Shown here one piece after another: positions 19,175 to 28,128 of a stretch of 36,461 nt of DNA; the first letter of the stretch is position 1, and every line of letters begins with the position of its first letter. The DNA is from Deltaproteobacteria bacterium. GTDB lineage: Bacteria; Myxococcota_A; UBA9160; SMWR01. The translations under genes were made by a program, and so were the position numbers. The notes beneath the pieces are model-generated. The model saw only the letters and a list, made by a program, of their open reading frames with translations, was not told where the DNA came from and searched no databases. The stretch is from NCBI GenBank assembly GCA_032128375.1, contig JAQBGU010000090.1, positions 1 to 36,461 on the forward strand. Reading direction: 5' to 3'.

Positions 19175-20149
19175 CTAAAACTCCGTATCCGCCGCAGCTT
19201 CGGCCCAGGTGTCATCCGGGTCGTACGTATCCATGCCGGAGAACGCCCCAATGTCCTTCTGCTGAATCACACCACGATGGTTCACGACAAAGGTCATCAT
19301 TCCGGAATTCCCGTAGTCGGCCGGGAAGGCCACGAGTGCAAAACCGTGGATCATGCGGCCATCGATCACGTACTGCTGGCTGCCTCCCGGAACGTTCGCG
19401 CCCTGGCGGGTCAGCACTCTGAAATAGTAGCCGCGAATCGGATCGCCGGGCGCCACTGTATCGAGGTAGCGCTCCGCCCCTTGGGCGAGTGGTCCGAACG
19501 GGCTCTCTGGCTCGCCCTCTTCCGCCTCCCAGTAGAGACCATCTCTATTCCCCGGAGCGCTTGCGAGGCGCTGGGCGTATTCGAGATGATCGTCGCCGTC
19601 CCGATCGACCAGCGCGTACTCGATCTGTGCATCGACATAGGCGCTCAGGATAGCCACGGCGGACGCCTCGTTGCGGCCGACGCGCCGGTCGATGATGACC
19701 TCGATGCCGGCTGCGGTATCGAAAGACCAGGCGCCGTTCTCGTCGCGGATGAGAGGGATCGGCAAGGACCACTGCTCGGCGCCAATCACCACCTCGATCG
19801 TGTCGTCGGAGATCGGCTGTAGCACCTGCCGCTCTTCGGCGGCCTGTGCGACCCTTTGGCGCGTCTCGGTCTCCGCATCCCAGTCCGGTGTGACGAACTG
19901 GGCCTCGTATTGCGGACCCAGGATCGAGAGAATATTCGCCTTGTCGTCACTCCGGATCGCGCCCATCAGAGTGTTCGCCGCTTCCTCCGGCGATTCGAAC
20001 TTCTGCTGCGCCATGGCGTCGCTCGACGCGTGAAGCGTCGCCATCAACAAAATCGCCGCGGTCATTTCGGCTCGCCGACGGCGACCGACTCGCGCCGTTT
20101 GAATTCTGCTTTGGTTCGACTTCGAGTGATCTGGCAAATAGGGCACCAT
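19175..20149 (-). CDS. DUF2950 family protein
   Basis: QQKFESPEEAA, WSLPIPL, WSFDTAAG...RRVGRNE, YVDAQIEYA, DGLYW, ESPFGPL, GYYFRVLTRQG, YGNSGMMTFVVN; ATG overlaps the upstream stop (TGATG). Confidence 0.88.
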   Translation of the reverse strand: MVPYLPDHSKSNQSRIQTARVGRRRRAEMTAAILLMATLHASSDAMAQQKFESPEEAANTLMGAIRSDDKANILSILGPQYEAQFVTPDWDAETETRQRVAQAAEERQVLQPISDDTIEVVIGAEQWSLPIPLIRDENGAWSFDTAAGIEVIIDRRVGRNEASAVAILSAYVDAQIEYALVDRDGDDHLEYAQRLASAPGNRDGLYWEAEEGEPESPFGPLAQGAERYLDTVAPGDPIRGYYFRVLTRQGANVPGGSQQYVIDGRMIHGFALVAFPADYGNSGMMTFVVNHRGVIQQKDIGAFSGMDTYDPDDTWAEAAADTEF

Positions 20150-21588
20150 CAACGTCTACCTCCGCCGCTACCCCGGCCGCCACCACCCCGTCCACCACCG
20201 CCACTGCTCCGCCCGCCACGCCGGCTGGCTGCACCGCGCGAGGCGTTCGCGTTCGACCTCGAACCGTTTCCATAGCTACCCAACGAACTCCCGCTCGACC
20301 GTTGCCGAGAGCCGCTCGGGCTCGTGAGGTTTCGCCCGCTCGGCCTCGACGAGCCGCTCTGCGCGCCGCCGGGCCGGCTCGTGCCTGCTCTGTCTCGCAA
20401 GGTGCTTGCCGCCGGTCGGCTCGCACCCGGGTGGCTTTTGCCGCTACCCGAATTCGCAGCACCGCCGAGACGCGACCCGGCACCTGTACTCGGCCGCGCT
20501 CCCACGCCCGCTCCCGTGCCAGGACGCGCTCCCACACCCGCACCCGTGCCAGGGCGCGCTCCAGCACCCGCACCCGTGCCAGGACGCGCTCCAGCGCCCG
20601 CTCCCGTGCCAGGGCGCGCTCCAGCACCCGCACCCGTGCCAGGACGCGCTCCCGCACCCGTGCCGGGACGCGCTCCCGCGCCCGGGCGGTTGGGTTTCCA
20701 GTTGTCACCCGGTCGATTTCCCGGACGTCCCGGCCGGCCCGGACGTATCACGTTGATGTTGCGGTTGATCTTGACGCTGTGGCTGTGATGACCGTGGTAA
20801 CCCCAGCCCATCCCGTAAGCGAAGGCAGCTCCTACGAACATGCCAGTCCAGAAAACCGCGGCCGGGTTGTAGTAGTACGGGTAGGGACTCGAGTAGTAGT
20901 AGGGATAAGCTGTCGTTTGGTGAACTACCACCGTGGCAGGTTGGTAAGCAGGCACATAGATGACCTCGGGACTGGCCGACTCCACAATGATGATCGGTTG
21001 GCTGGCCCGGTCTCCCGCACGCGCATCCGGATCGCCTGGCTCGCGGGTGACCGTCACCTTGTCGTTCGACGCGAGGTTGCCGGCAGCATCCACCCTGGCT
21101 CGGAAGCCCTGGATCGCTTCCATCACGTCGGACTGCTTTCTTGCCACAGCTTCACCGAGCTGCCAGGTCCAGTCCAGGTCGTCGTTCATGAGATGCACGA
21201 CTTCGGGGTAGTTCAGTAGCGCGATGATGCTCGGATCCCAGCTCTCGCTGGGCTCCAAAGCGGGCTCGTTCTCGCGCCTCTGGAGCAGGCGCGCCGCCTG
21301 AACGATCTGCAGCGGGTAGGTAGACGCCGGCAACACTACCGCGAGTAGCTCGTCAGGGTAGAGCGCAACGCGCCCTACCAGTTCTTCGAGATCGCCGGGA
21401 AAGGGCGCTTCCGTCAGCTCTATCGCCGGGTCGATCGCTGAGTCGGTGATCGGCCCGGTTGGCTGAGCCAGCTCGCTTGACCCGCACTCTCCGATCGTCA
21501 GGCCGACGATGAGCAGGGCCTGAAGAAAGGACACTCCGATGCGCTGCAGATTGTGCGTTAGTCGACTCGACCAAATCGCAAACTTCAT
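20149..21588 (-). CDS. DUF3300 domain protein with long Gly/Arg/Ser/Pro-rich C-terminal tail
   Basis: LEELVGRVALYPDELLAVVLPASTYPLQIVQAAR, WDPSI, WTWQLGEA, PEVIYVPAYQP; conserved adjacency to DUF2950. Confidence 0.88.
   Translation of the reverse strand: MKFAIWSSRLTHNLQRIGVSFLQALLIVGLTIGECGSSELAQPTGPITDSAIDPAIELTEAPFPGDLEELVGRVALYPDELLAVVLPASTYPLQIVQAARLLQRRENEPALEPSESWDPSIIALLNYPEVVHLMNDDLDWTWQLGEAVARKQSDVMEAIQGFRARVDAAGNLASNDKVTVTREPGDPDARAGDRASQPIIIVESASPEVIYVPAYQPATVVVHQTTAYPYYYSSPYPYYYNPAAVFWTGMFVGAAFAYGMGWGYHGHHSHSVKINRNINVIRPGRPGRPGNRPGDNWKPNRPGAGARPGTGAGARPGTGAGAGARPGTGAGAGARPGTGAGAGARPGTGAGVGARPGTGAGVGARPSTGAGSRLGGAANSGSGKSHPGASRPAASTLRDRAGTSRPGGAQSGSSRPSGRNLTSPSGSRQRSSGSSLGSYGNGSRSNANASRGAASRRGGRSSGGGGRGGGGRGSGGGRR
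20479..20688 (-). repeat. Coding 30-bp tandem repeat (RPGTGAG[A/V]GA x5 plus shorter flanking units)
   Basis: Visible 30-nt period with synonymous variation between units. Confidence 0.92.
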
Positions 21589-21704
21589 CGTCTGAACCTC
21601 AGGGCGCACATTCTGCTGTCAAGATCAGCGACGCCATTCTGGTGTTCGTGGGGGGGACACCGGCGCGGTTCGCACGCATGCGGACCTTCGCGCTCGACAC
21701 GCTG

Positions 21705-22943
21705 TCAGAAAGTGGCGCTACCGCTCCAAGGCAGCTTCTTCCAGTTGAGAGTCACTCCGAACAGAAACAGATTGTTGTCCTTGTACTCGCCTTTGACGAA
21801 CGGCGTATCGACCGACGCCTTCCCGAGATTCGAGTACCCAATGTGGAATCCGATCTTGAGCTTTTCGCTCCAGTCATATTGCGCGCCAATGCCGGCCGTC
21901 AAGACACGATCGATCGGAAGTGCGACCGTTCGATCGCTGTCCTCGAGCGCGGAGCTGTCGTATCGAAAGCCGGTCTGCAGCGTCCACTTCTCACCCGCGC
22001 GGTAGTGGATGCCAGCTCCCAGGTACCAGGTGTCGCGAAACTCCAGGGGGATGTCGGCGCTCACCCCACCCGAGGAGATCGGCAGATTCTCGGCTGTGCT
22101 CCAGTCCTCCCAGCCGGCGCTCATCATCAGCGCGACGGTGTCGTTGACCTCCCAGAACATGCCGGTCCGAACCGCCATGGCCAGATCGAGGTCCAGGTCG
22201 AGGCCCGGCGAGCCGGCTCCCACCGGGATCCTGATCTTGCCGTCGAGTTTCAAACTGGTTTGTCCCTGATAGACGATGCCGAACCGCAGCCGATCGGTAG
22301 GTTCGAGCAGAACACCCACGAGCGGAGTGACGGCCCAGTCCGTCAGGTTGTCGAACTCGATGCTCGGCTGACGCAGCGGCGCCGGGAGCCCGACCTTGAG
22401 CTTCAGGTCGAGACTTCCGTAGGTAACCTGGGGGCCACCCCCCACCGACAGCCAGTCGGTCACGCGCACGGCCACCGTCGGAAGAAAGGAAATCGTGAAC
22501 AGAGAGACATCAGTGACCTCGTTTTTCCCCGTCCAGCTATTGCTGGGGTCGAGCGCGGCGCCGGAGATCGAGAACAGGTTCATGCCGAAGCGCCAGCGGT
22601 CGCTGATCTTGTGGACGTAGCTGCTGTTCGACATCGGAATGAAGCCGCCCTGTTCACCGCCGTTACCCCCGGACGTAGGAGTCCCCTGGTCCTTGTCGAA
22701 CTTGACGTTCGTGAAGCCGGGAGCCAGGCCGGCGAGGAGGGAATGGTCATCGAGGTGAGTCATTCCCGCGGGATTGTGGAATGCGATCGAGGCGTCACCG
22801 GCGACTGCCTGGGAGCCCGCTCCCGCGGTTCCCATGCTCGGCGTCGCGAATGTGCCCGGATACAGCCCTCCGGCGTGTACCGATCCGCCGAGCAGCGCAC
22901 ATCCGATGCCCAGCGCAAGTGAGATCCAGCGGGTCGCAACCAT
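21705..22943 (-). CDS. OmpP1/FadL/TodX family outer-membrane transporter
   Basis: Signal peptide, MGTAGAG...DASIAFHNPAGM hatch motif, FRDTWYLGAGIHY, C-terminal Phe; AGGAGG RBS. Confidence 0.92.
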   Translation of the reverse strand: MVATRWISLALGIGCALLGGSVHAGGLYPGTFATPSMGTAGAGSQAVAGDASIAFHNPAGMTHLDDHSLLAGLAPGFTNVKFDKDQGTPTSGGNGGEQGGFIPMSNSSYVHKISDRWRFGMNLFSISGAALDPSNSWTGKNEVTDVSLFTISFLPTVAVRVTDWLSVGGGPQVTYGSLDLKLKVGLPAPLRQPSIEFDNLTDWAVTPLVGVLLEPTDRLRFGIVYQGQTSLKLDGKIRIPVGAGSPGLDLDLDLAMAVRTGMFWEVNDTVALMMSAGWEDWSTAENLPISSGGVSADIPLEFRDTWYLGAGIHYRAGEKWTLQTGFRYDSSALEDSDRTVALPIDRVLTAGIGAQYDWSEKLKIGFHIGYSNLGKASVDTPFVKGEYKDNNLFLFGVTLNWKKLPWSGSATF

Positions 22944-22963
22944 TTCCGCCTCCTATGACTGAT

Positions 22964-23001
22964 GTCGGGTACTGATCAAGTATCGGGTTCAGTATCCCGA
23001 C
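22964..23001. promoter_or_regulatory. Inverted repeat upstream of the FadL-family gene (operator or terminator)
   Basis: GTCGGGTACTGA-N13-TCAGTA(T)CCCGAC, 20 bp upstream of the start codon. Confidence 0.45.
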
Positions 23002-23195
23002 CTTTCGCAGCCCCGACGACGGGCGGGCTCTTTATTACCCGAACAAGCAAGGCATGTCGAGGAGCGGAATGTCTCGATTGGACGATGCACTTTCCGGAGG
23101 GCCCGCGACCAGCCGGGTTGTACGCGGACTGGATGCAAGAGGCCGACACTGCCGTTCGCAGCCGCGAATGGATGTCCAATACCTCTTGTCCCCGC

Positions 23196-24158
23196 TCAGC
23201 GATTCGCGACGATGCGTGCGCGAATCGCGGCCGCAATTTCTTCCGCCAGAATCATCCGGCCGGAATCGTTCAGGTGCTCGTTGATGACACGGGATTCGGA
23301 AAAACTGTGTCGCGAAAGAAGTTCGCTCCAGTCGATCACATCTCCGCCTGCCGATCGAAGCGTCCCGACCAGCGTGGCGACGTTCGCTCGAACGCGTAAG
23401 TCGAAGACGGGTCCCAGCAGCGAACGACCCGATTCGACGTCGGTCGGCGTCAGATAGAACAGCACGGGCGGCCTGTCGTCGCGCTCTTGAATCCGAACCA
23501 GCGCCTCGAGCCTCGGGTGTTCGCGATCGATCATCGTCAGATAGTCGGCCGCCGCCCAACCCGACTGGTCATATGGCTCGGTGAGGCGCTCGCCGAAGCG
23601 GCTTGCGATCGTTGCTGTCGACAGGTCGGGCGTCGCAACGTGCGTGCGCCGGAAGTCCCGATCGGACGTCTGCCAGCGGGCGTGGGCCTGCCAGATCTGA
23701 GCGGGCCGAAGCAGCCAGCGCAGGATCGGTCGGTCCATCGCGAACACGAGTCGATCGTCGGCGAACTGCAGACCCGGTGCATAACGCCAGATCGGCGCGA
23801 AGCTGCGCAGCGTGATTGGGATGACGATCAGTTCCGGCCGCAACCCCTCTCGCAGCCAGTAGTCGATGCAGATTTCGAACATCTCCGCGTGCAGCCCGAG
23901 CATGGCGGCCCACTCGAGGCTGATCGGTGCGGTCTTCCGCTTGACGATGCGTGCGAGGGGCCGCTTGTCGGTGTCCTCAGCGGCGACGTCGAATAGCACG
24001 CTGTCGCCCACGTAGAGGACACGGGCGGGTCGGTCGATGGCGTGGCGCACCATTAACTGGAGGGTCGACGGGCTGAGCGGCCAAAGCGTTGCAATCACGC
24101 CCTGGATGCCGAGCAACAGAAATCCGCAGACCGCCAGTTTCCCGAGCAGCGCGAACAA
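23196..24158 (-). CDS. Membrane-anchored SGNH/DltD/AlgJ-like protein, probable partner of the MBOAT (start uncertain)
   Basis: N-terminal TM, YVGDSV block-I motif, C-terminal INEHLNDSG (catalytic His region); directly downstream of the MBOAT gene. Confidence 0.65.
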   Translation of the reverse strand: MFALLGKLAVCGFLLLGIQGVIATLWPLSPSTLQLMVRHAIDRPARVLYVGDSVLFDVAAEDTDKRPLARIVKRKTAPISLEWAAMLGLHAEMFEICIDYWLREGLRPELIVIPITLRSFAPIWRYAPGLQFADDRLVFAMDRPILRWLLRPAQIWQAHARWQTSDRDFRRTHVATPDLSTATIASRFGERLTEPYDQSGWAAADYLTMIDREHPRLEALVRIQERDDRPPVLFYLTPTDVESGRSLLGPVFDLRVRANVATLVGTLRSAGGDVIDWSELLSRHSFSESRVINEHLNDSGRMILAEEIAAAIRARIVANR

Positions 24159-24165
24159 GCCCGGA

Positions 24166-25572
24166 TCAGAACTGGAAGTAGAGGAACGGAACGGCATGCG
24201 GGACTCCCAGATTGAGGATCGCAGCGGACAGCGCCAGGTAAATCGACCAACGGACGACGGCTGGAGCGCGCAGAACCCGCCGCCAGCTCGGCTCGTCGCG
24301 CTCCCAGATTTCGCTGGCGAGCAGCAGCGCGACGCCCGCCAGCGCGATCCACAGGCTCGTCGAGTCCAGCGCGATCGGCCAATCGTGGTCCGACGCGCTC
24401 CAGTCGCCGACGCAACGAGCCACGATCGTCAGCGCGTCGCCGAACGTCGCTGCGCGGAAGAAGACCCAGCCGAAACACACGATGTGGAACGTCAGCAGCC
24501 GTTGTCGCCAGATTCTCCAAGGTGATTCGCGTTGTGCGGTTGGGCGGCGCCGCGCAGGCCACGCGCGGCCGAGCCACATCACGATCCCGTGGATCGCACC
24601 CCAGGCCACGAACGTCAGCGCGGCGCCGTGCCAGAGCCCGCTCAACAGAAACACGACTGCGATGTTCGCCGCCCAGTGCCGGCGGTTGCCGCCCAGTGGG
24701 ATGTAGACGTAGTCGCGAAACCAGCTCGACAAAGAAATGTGCCAGCGTCGCCAGAACTCTGGAATCGACGCCGACAGGTACGGCCGATCGAAATTCTGCA
24801 TCAGGTCGATCCCGAAGATCCGCGCGCAACCGATCGCGATGTTCGAGTAGCCGGCGAAGTCGCAGTAGATCTGGAACGCGAACAGGTAGGTGGCGATCCA
24901 CAGCGCGGCCGGCGGTGAATTCGCCGGCTGCGCGTAGACGGCGTCGACGATCACGGAGATGTTGTCGGCGATCACGATCTTCTGGAAGAAGCCGAATAAC
25001 ATCTGCATCGCGCCGCTGCGAATGCGCTCGGTGTCGAACGACACGCGTCGTTTCAGCTGGCCGATCAGGTGTGCGGGACGTTCGATCGGGCCGGCGACCA
25101 GTTGCGGAAAGAACGCCACATAGAGCGCGAAGTATCCGGCATGCCGCTCCGCGGCCACTGCGCCGCGATACACGTCGATCGAGTAGGCCATGCTCTGGAA
25201 CGTGTAGAAGCTGATCCCGACCGGCAGCAGGATATCGACGCCCGGTAACGCGACACCGAACAGCGACTCGCCCAATCCGAGAAAGAAGCCAAGATACTTG
25301 AACGTGCCCAGCAGCGTGAGATTCGCGCAGATCGCGATCGCGAGTGCGGCGCGCCGCGCCCGCGGTGCGGCCGTTGCGGACATCACGAGGCCTGCGCAGT
25401 AGTCGATCCCCGTCGAAGCAACGATCAGGCCGAGGTAGCCGATCCGCCAGTGGCCGTAGAAGACGTAGCTGGCGGCCAGCAGCAACAACCAGCGCAGCCG
25501 CTGCGGGGTGCAGCCGTACGCGACAGCCGTCGCCACCAGAAAGACCAGGAAGGTTACGGAGTTGAAGGCCAT
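24166..25572 (-). CDS. MBOAT family O-acyltransferase (AlgI/DltB-like)
   Basis: LPVGISFYTFQSMAYSIDVY, FFPQLVAGPIER, QIYCDFAGYS, EFWRRWHISLSSWFRDYVYIPLGGN, SGLWHGA. Confidence 0.96.
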   Translation of the reverse strand: MAFNSVTFLVFLVATAVAYGCTPQRLRWLLLLAASYVFYGHWRIGYLGLIVASTGIDYCAGLVMSATAAPRARRAALAIAICANLTLLGTFKYLGFFLGLGESLFGVALPGVDILLPVGISFYTFQSMAYSIDVYRGAVAAERHAGYFALYVAFFPQLVAGPIERPAHLIGQLKRRVSFDTERIRSGAMQMLFGFFQKIVIADNISVIVDAVYAQPANSPPAALWIATYLFAFQIYCDFAGYSNIAIGCARIFGIDLMQNFDRPYLSASIPEFWRRWHISLSSWFRDYVYIPLGGNRRHWAANIAVVFLLSGLWHGAALTFVAWGAIHGIVMWLGRAWPARRRPTAQRESPWRIWRQRLLTFHIVCFGWVFFRAATFGDALTIVARCVGDWSASDHDWPIALDSTSLWIALAGVALLLASEIWERDEPSWRRVLRAPAVVRWSIYLALSAAILNLGVPHAVPFLYFQF

Positions 25573-25677
25573 CGCGACTGCCGATCATCGCACGCCGGCA
25601 TCACGAGTCGCTGAGCGCTGCCGAACGACGGAAGCTGACAACGGGCTCGAGGAGCGGTGACGCAGAAGCCACAAAAC

Positions 25678-25698
25678 TGCGCCACGCGTGCGCCACGC
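25678..25698. repeat. Direct-repeat doublet TGCGCCACGC-G-TGCGCCACGC (arm-site-like)
   Basis: 11-bp period; ends 35 bp left of the left att repeat; third partial GCCAC at 25668. Confidence 0.55.
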
Positions 25699-25733
25699 CA
25701 GAAGACCGACGAAAAATCTCAATCTTTTTCGCG

Positions 25734-25767
25734 TGGTGATGGCGGGGCGGACGGGACTCGAACCCGC
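25734..25767 (-). repeat. att repeat: duplicated 3' end of tRNA-Asp
   Basis: TGGTGATGGCGGGGCGGACGGGACTCGAACCCGC identical (34/34) to 30286-30319. Confidence 0.97.
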
Positions 25768-25816
25768 CCCTAATCGCCCCATCCTGTTGAAATTCCTGCA
25801 CTTCCGACACCAACGG

Positions 25817-25837
25817 TTGTGTGTCCCGTGTGTGTCC
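25817..25837. repeat. Left internal arm-like repeat TTGTGTGTCCCGTGTGTGTCC
   Basis: Identical to 30229-30249, same orientation; itself an 11-bp-period doublet. Confidence 0.85.
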
Positions 25838-26154
25838 CAGCCCTACCTGGAGAGCAAGAGTCGACCTGCCCACCGACCCGAAACTGCCGTCCGAGTGCCC
25901 GGGCTTCGAGCAGCTGATCGCACCCTTTGATCGCGTGGCCGGTTCCAAGGTAAGCAACCGCATACTTCCCCTCTCCCTCGTCGAGCGTTGGAATTCAGCC
26001 GCCCACCGACCGCAGTTGCCGTCGAGCCCATGGACCCCGTTGACCGCCTCCGGCCCGTATCGCAAGCTCACACGAACCTCCTCAATACAGAGGCCCCTCC
26101 CCCCGGCCGCTTGTTCCGACGCAGTCGACCCCTTCGGGCGACAAGGAGCATCGC

Positions 26155-27581
26155 GTGTCTGTTCTTACCGAGGAAATCCTCTCGATCATCCCGCGCTTCT
26201 TCGACGGCGGCGCCGGCCCCAGTCACGACGACCTGACGCGCTTGTTCGTTCGCTTCGGACTAAACAAGGCTGATCCCGCTGAACCTGGCACCCCCGTTGG
26301 CAAGGTCAAGCGGCTCCGCGCCGTCCTTGCATACGCCATCGAGGAGGGACCCGGCGCCGGCGGCAATCTCGTCCGGGCAATCGTCGATCAGCTCCGCGCC
26401 CACGGCGCCTTCCGCGAGTCCTCGGAGACGTTCGCTGGTCCCGATTTGATCGCCTCGCTTCGTGACGCCTTCCGCCATGAGGGCTTTGATCTCGACGCTG
26501 CCGGCAATCTGCGCCCCACCCTCTTCGAGAACTTTGCGATCCACCAAAAGGAGTCTGAAGGCGCAGACGTCAAGTGGAACGATTCGATCAATGGTCGCCA
26601 GTTGGACGTCGCCATCAGGTTCCAGTTTGGCCTCCACACCTATCTAACGGTCATCGAATGCCGCCACTCCGATAAGGCCATTGAGGCGACCGACGTCGAC
26701 GCCTTCGCGACCAAGTCGCGGGACGCCAATGCCAACAAGGCGATCATGGTGACGTCCTCGCGCTATCAGACTGGCTGCTTCCGGGTCGCGGAACGCCACG
26801 CAATCGACCTCTACACCCTGAAGCAGATCGACGACCTCCCCGAAGACCTCTTCCTCCCGGAGACGATCGCGGGAGCAGCGATCTGGCGCATCGCGCTGGT
26901 GACTAGCACTAGCGGAGGCGAGATTAGACTTCCTGACGAAGAGCCTTCCCGTCTGCAATTTATCATCCAGCACGCCCGGCTCAGCTACGAGGGCCAGACC
27001 AGAAGTCTCGCCGACGTGATCGAGCGCATCATTTCAAGCTCTTCGCGCGAACTCTCGCGCGAGGAACGGAAGTATCGAGCTGGCTTTTCGACCCTCCGAC
27101 CGTTATCGAGATGCCGGATCTCGACAACCCCTTTGAGCAGAAACGCCTCGAGCTTCGTGCATTGACCTTCCGCGCCGTCCTCACCGATTTGCGGACGCCG
27201 CGAACGGACACGGACGTATTGACCCGCGGCGTCGATCCGAGAATCCTGGCCGGCGATCTCGAATACACCGACGCTGCCAGAGGCCACAGCCGTCGAATCC
27301 CCCCTGGCAGTCTCGGCCTTGGCGCCGATACCGAGTTCGTTCCCGGTCGCTTCTACCGGTCGCTCAAGTTCCGCTTCTCTTACCATTGCGTTGCCGTCAA
27401 CGGCGACCTGGTGACCATGCTCCTCCTGGAGGGCTATCAGCATGGCCAGTTTGTTCAGGTTGAATTCGTGTTCGACAGGACCAAGACGGCCGATTGTCAG
27501 GAAATTGACGATCCGCACCAGATCGAGAGACTTGGACGCGTCCTCGTCTCCTTCCGACGCATGGTCGCTAGTCGACCCTGA
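26155..27581 (+). pseudogene. Abortive-infection-type N-terminal domain fused to Mrr-like PD-(D/E)xK endonuclease, frameshifted at about 27087
   Basis: N-terminal ~127 aa (GAGPSHDDLTRLF...VGKVKRLRAVL...AFRHEGFDLDAAGNLRP) resemble Abi-family N-termini (recall); then RQLDVAIR...VIECR...DVDAFATK...ANKAIMVTSSRYQTG (Mrr_cat-like); ORF 27111-27581 is open back through FDPPTVIE to a T4 run at 27085-27088. Confidence 0.7.
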
Positions 27582-27874
27582 ACGCCTCTCAGCTCTCCCC
27601 TTGCGTGCTGTCCCCCTGATTGATCCGCTATCGAACCACTGCGTCGGACCGTGGCGGTCAGCGTCGCAGATGCTACCCGCATCGGCGGAATCAATCGGCA
27701 CTCCCGTATCCACCGGACAGCGGTGCGCGCGCGACCGCTTCAGTATCCGCCCGGCGGCACTCTCCCACCGAGCAGAGACACCGACCTGACCCTCACGAGC
27801 GTGGCGAGCCAGCTCCAACCCCCAGAGGGTGCCGCGACCCGTTACCCGCTATACCCATAACTCTGTCATTTTTC

Positions 27875-27883
27875 TGTGGATAA
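27875..27883 (-). promoter_or_regulatory. Perfect DnaA box (TTATCCACA)
   Basis: TGTGGATAA on the + strand, in the non-coding island interval next to an AT-rich tract. Confidence 0.5.
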
Positions 27884-28128
27884 CTCCGCAGACCATTGTC
27901 AATTCGTTCGCAATCCGGCACGGTCAAATGGAGAATACCTAGACTGAACGTCTCCAGCGCGGGGATCGCGTTTTGAGAACTAAGACCTACACAGATCCTG
28001 CACAGGCAGAAACGAGGCAAAATTTTGTAAGGAAATCAAATAGATGGCGAGCTACCAATACGTTTATGTGATGAAAGCATGATTCTAACTCTTTGGAAAA
28101 CAAATATATTATGTCTCGTGTCAACGAT

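Noticed and set aside
25601..26154. Integrase remnant at the left island end
   Set aside because: No R...HxxR...Y tyrosine-recombinase or serine-recombinase motifs recognisable in the listed frames
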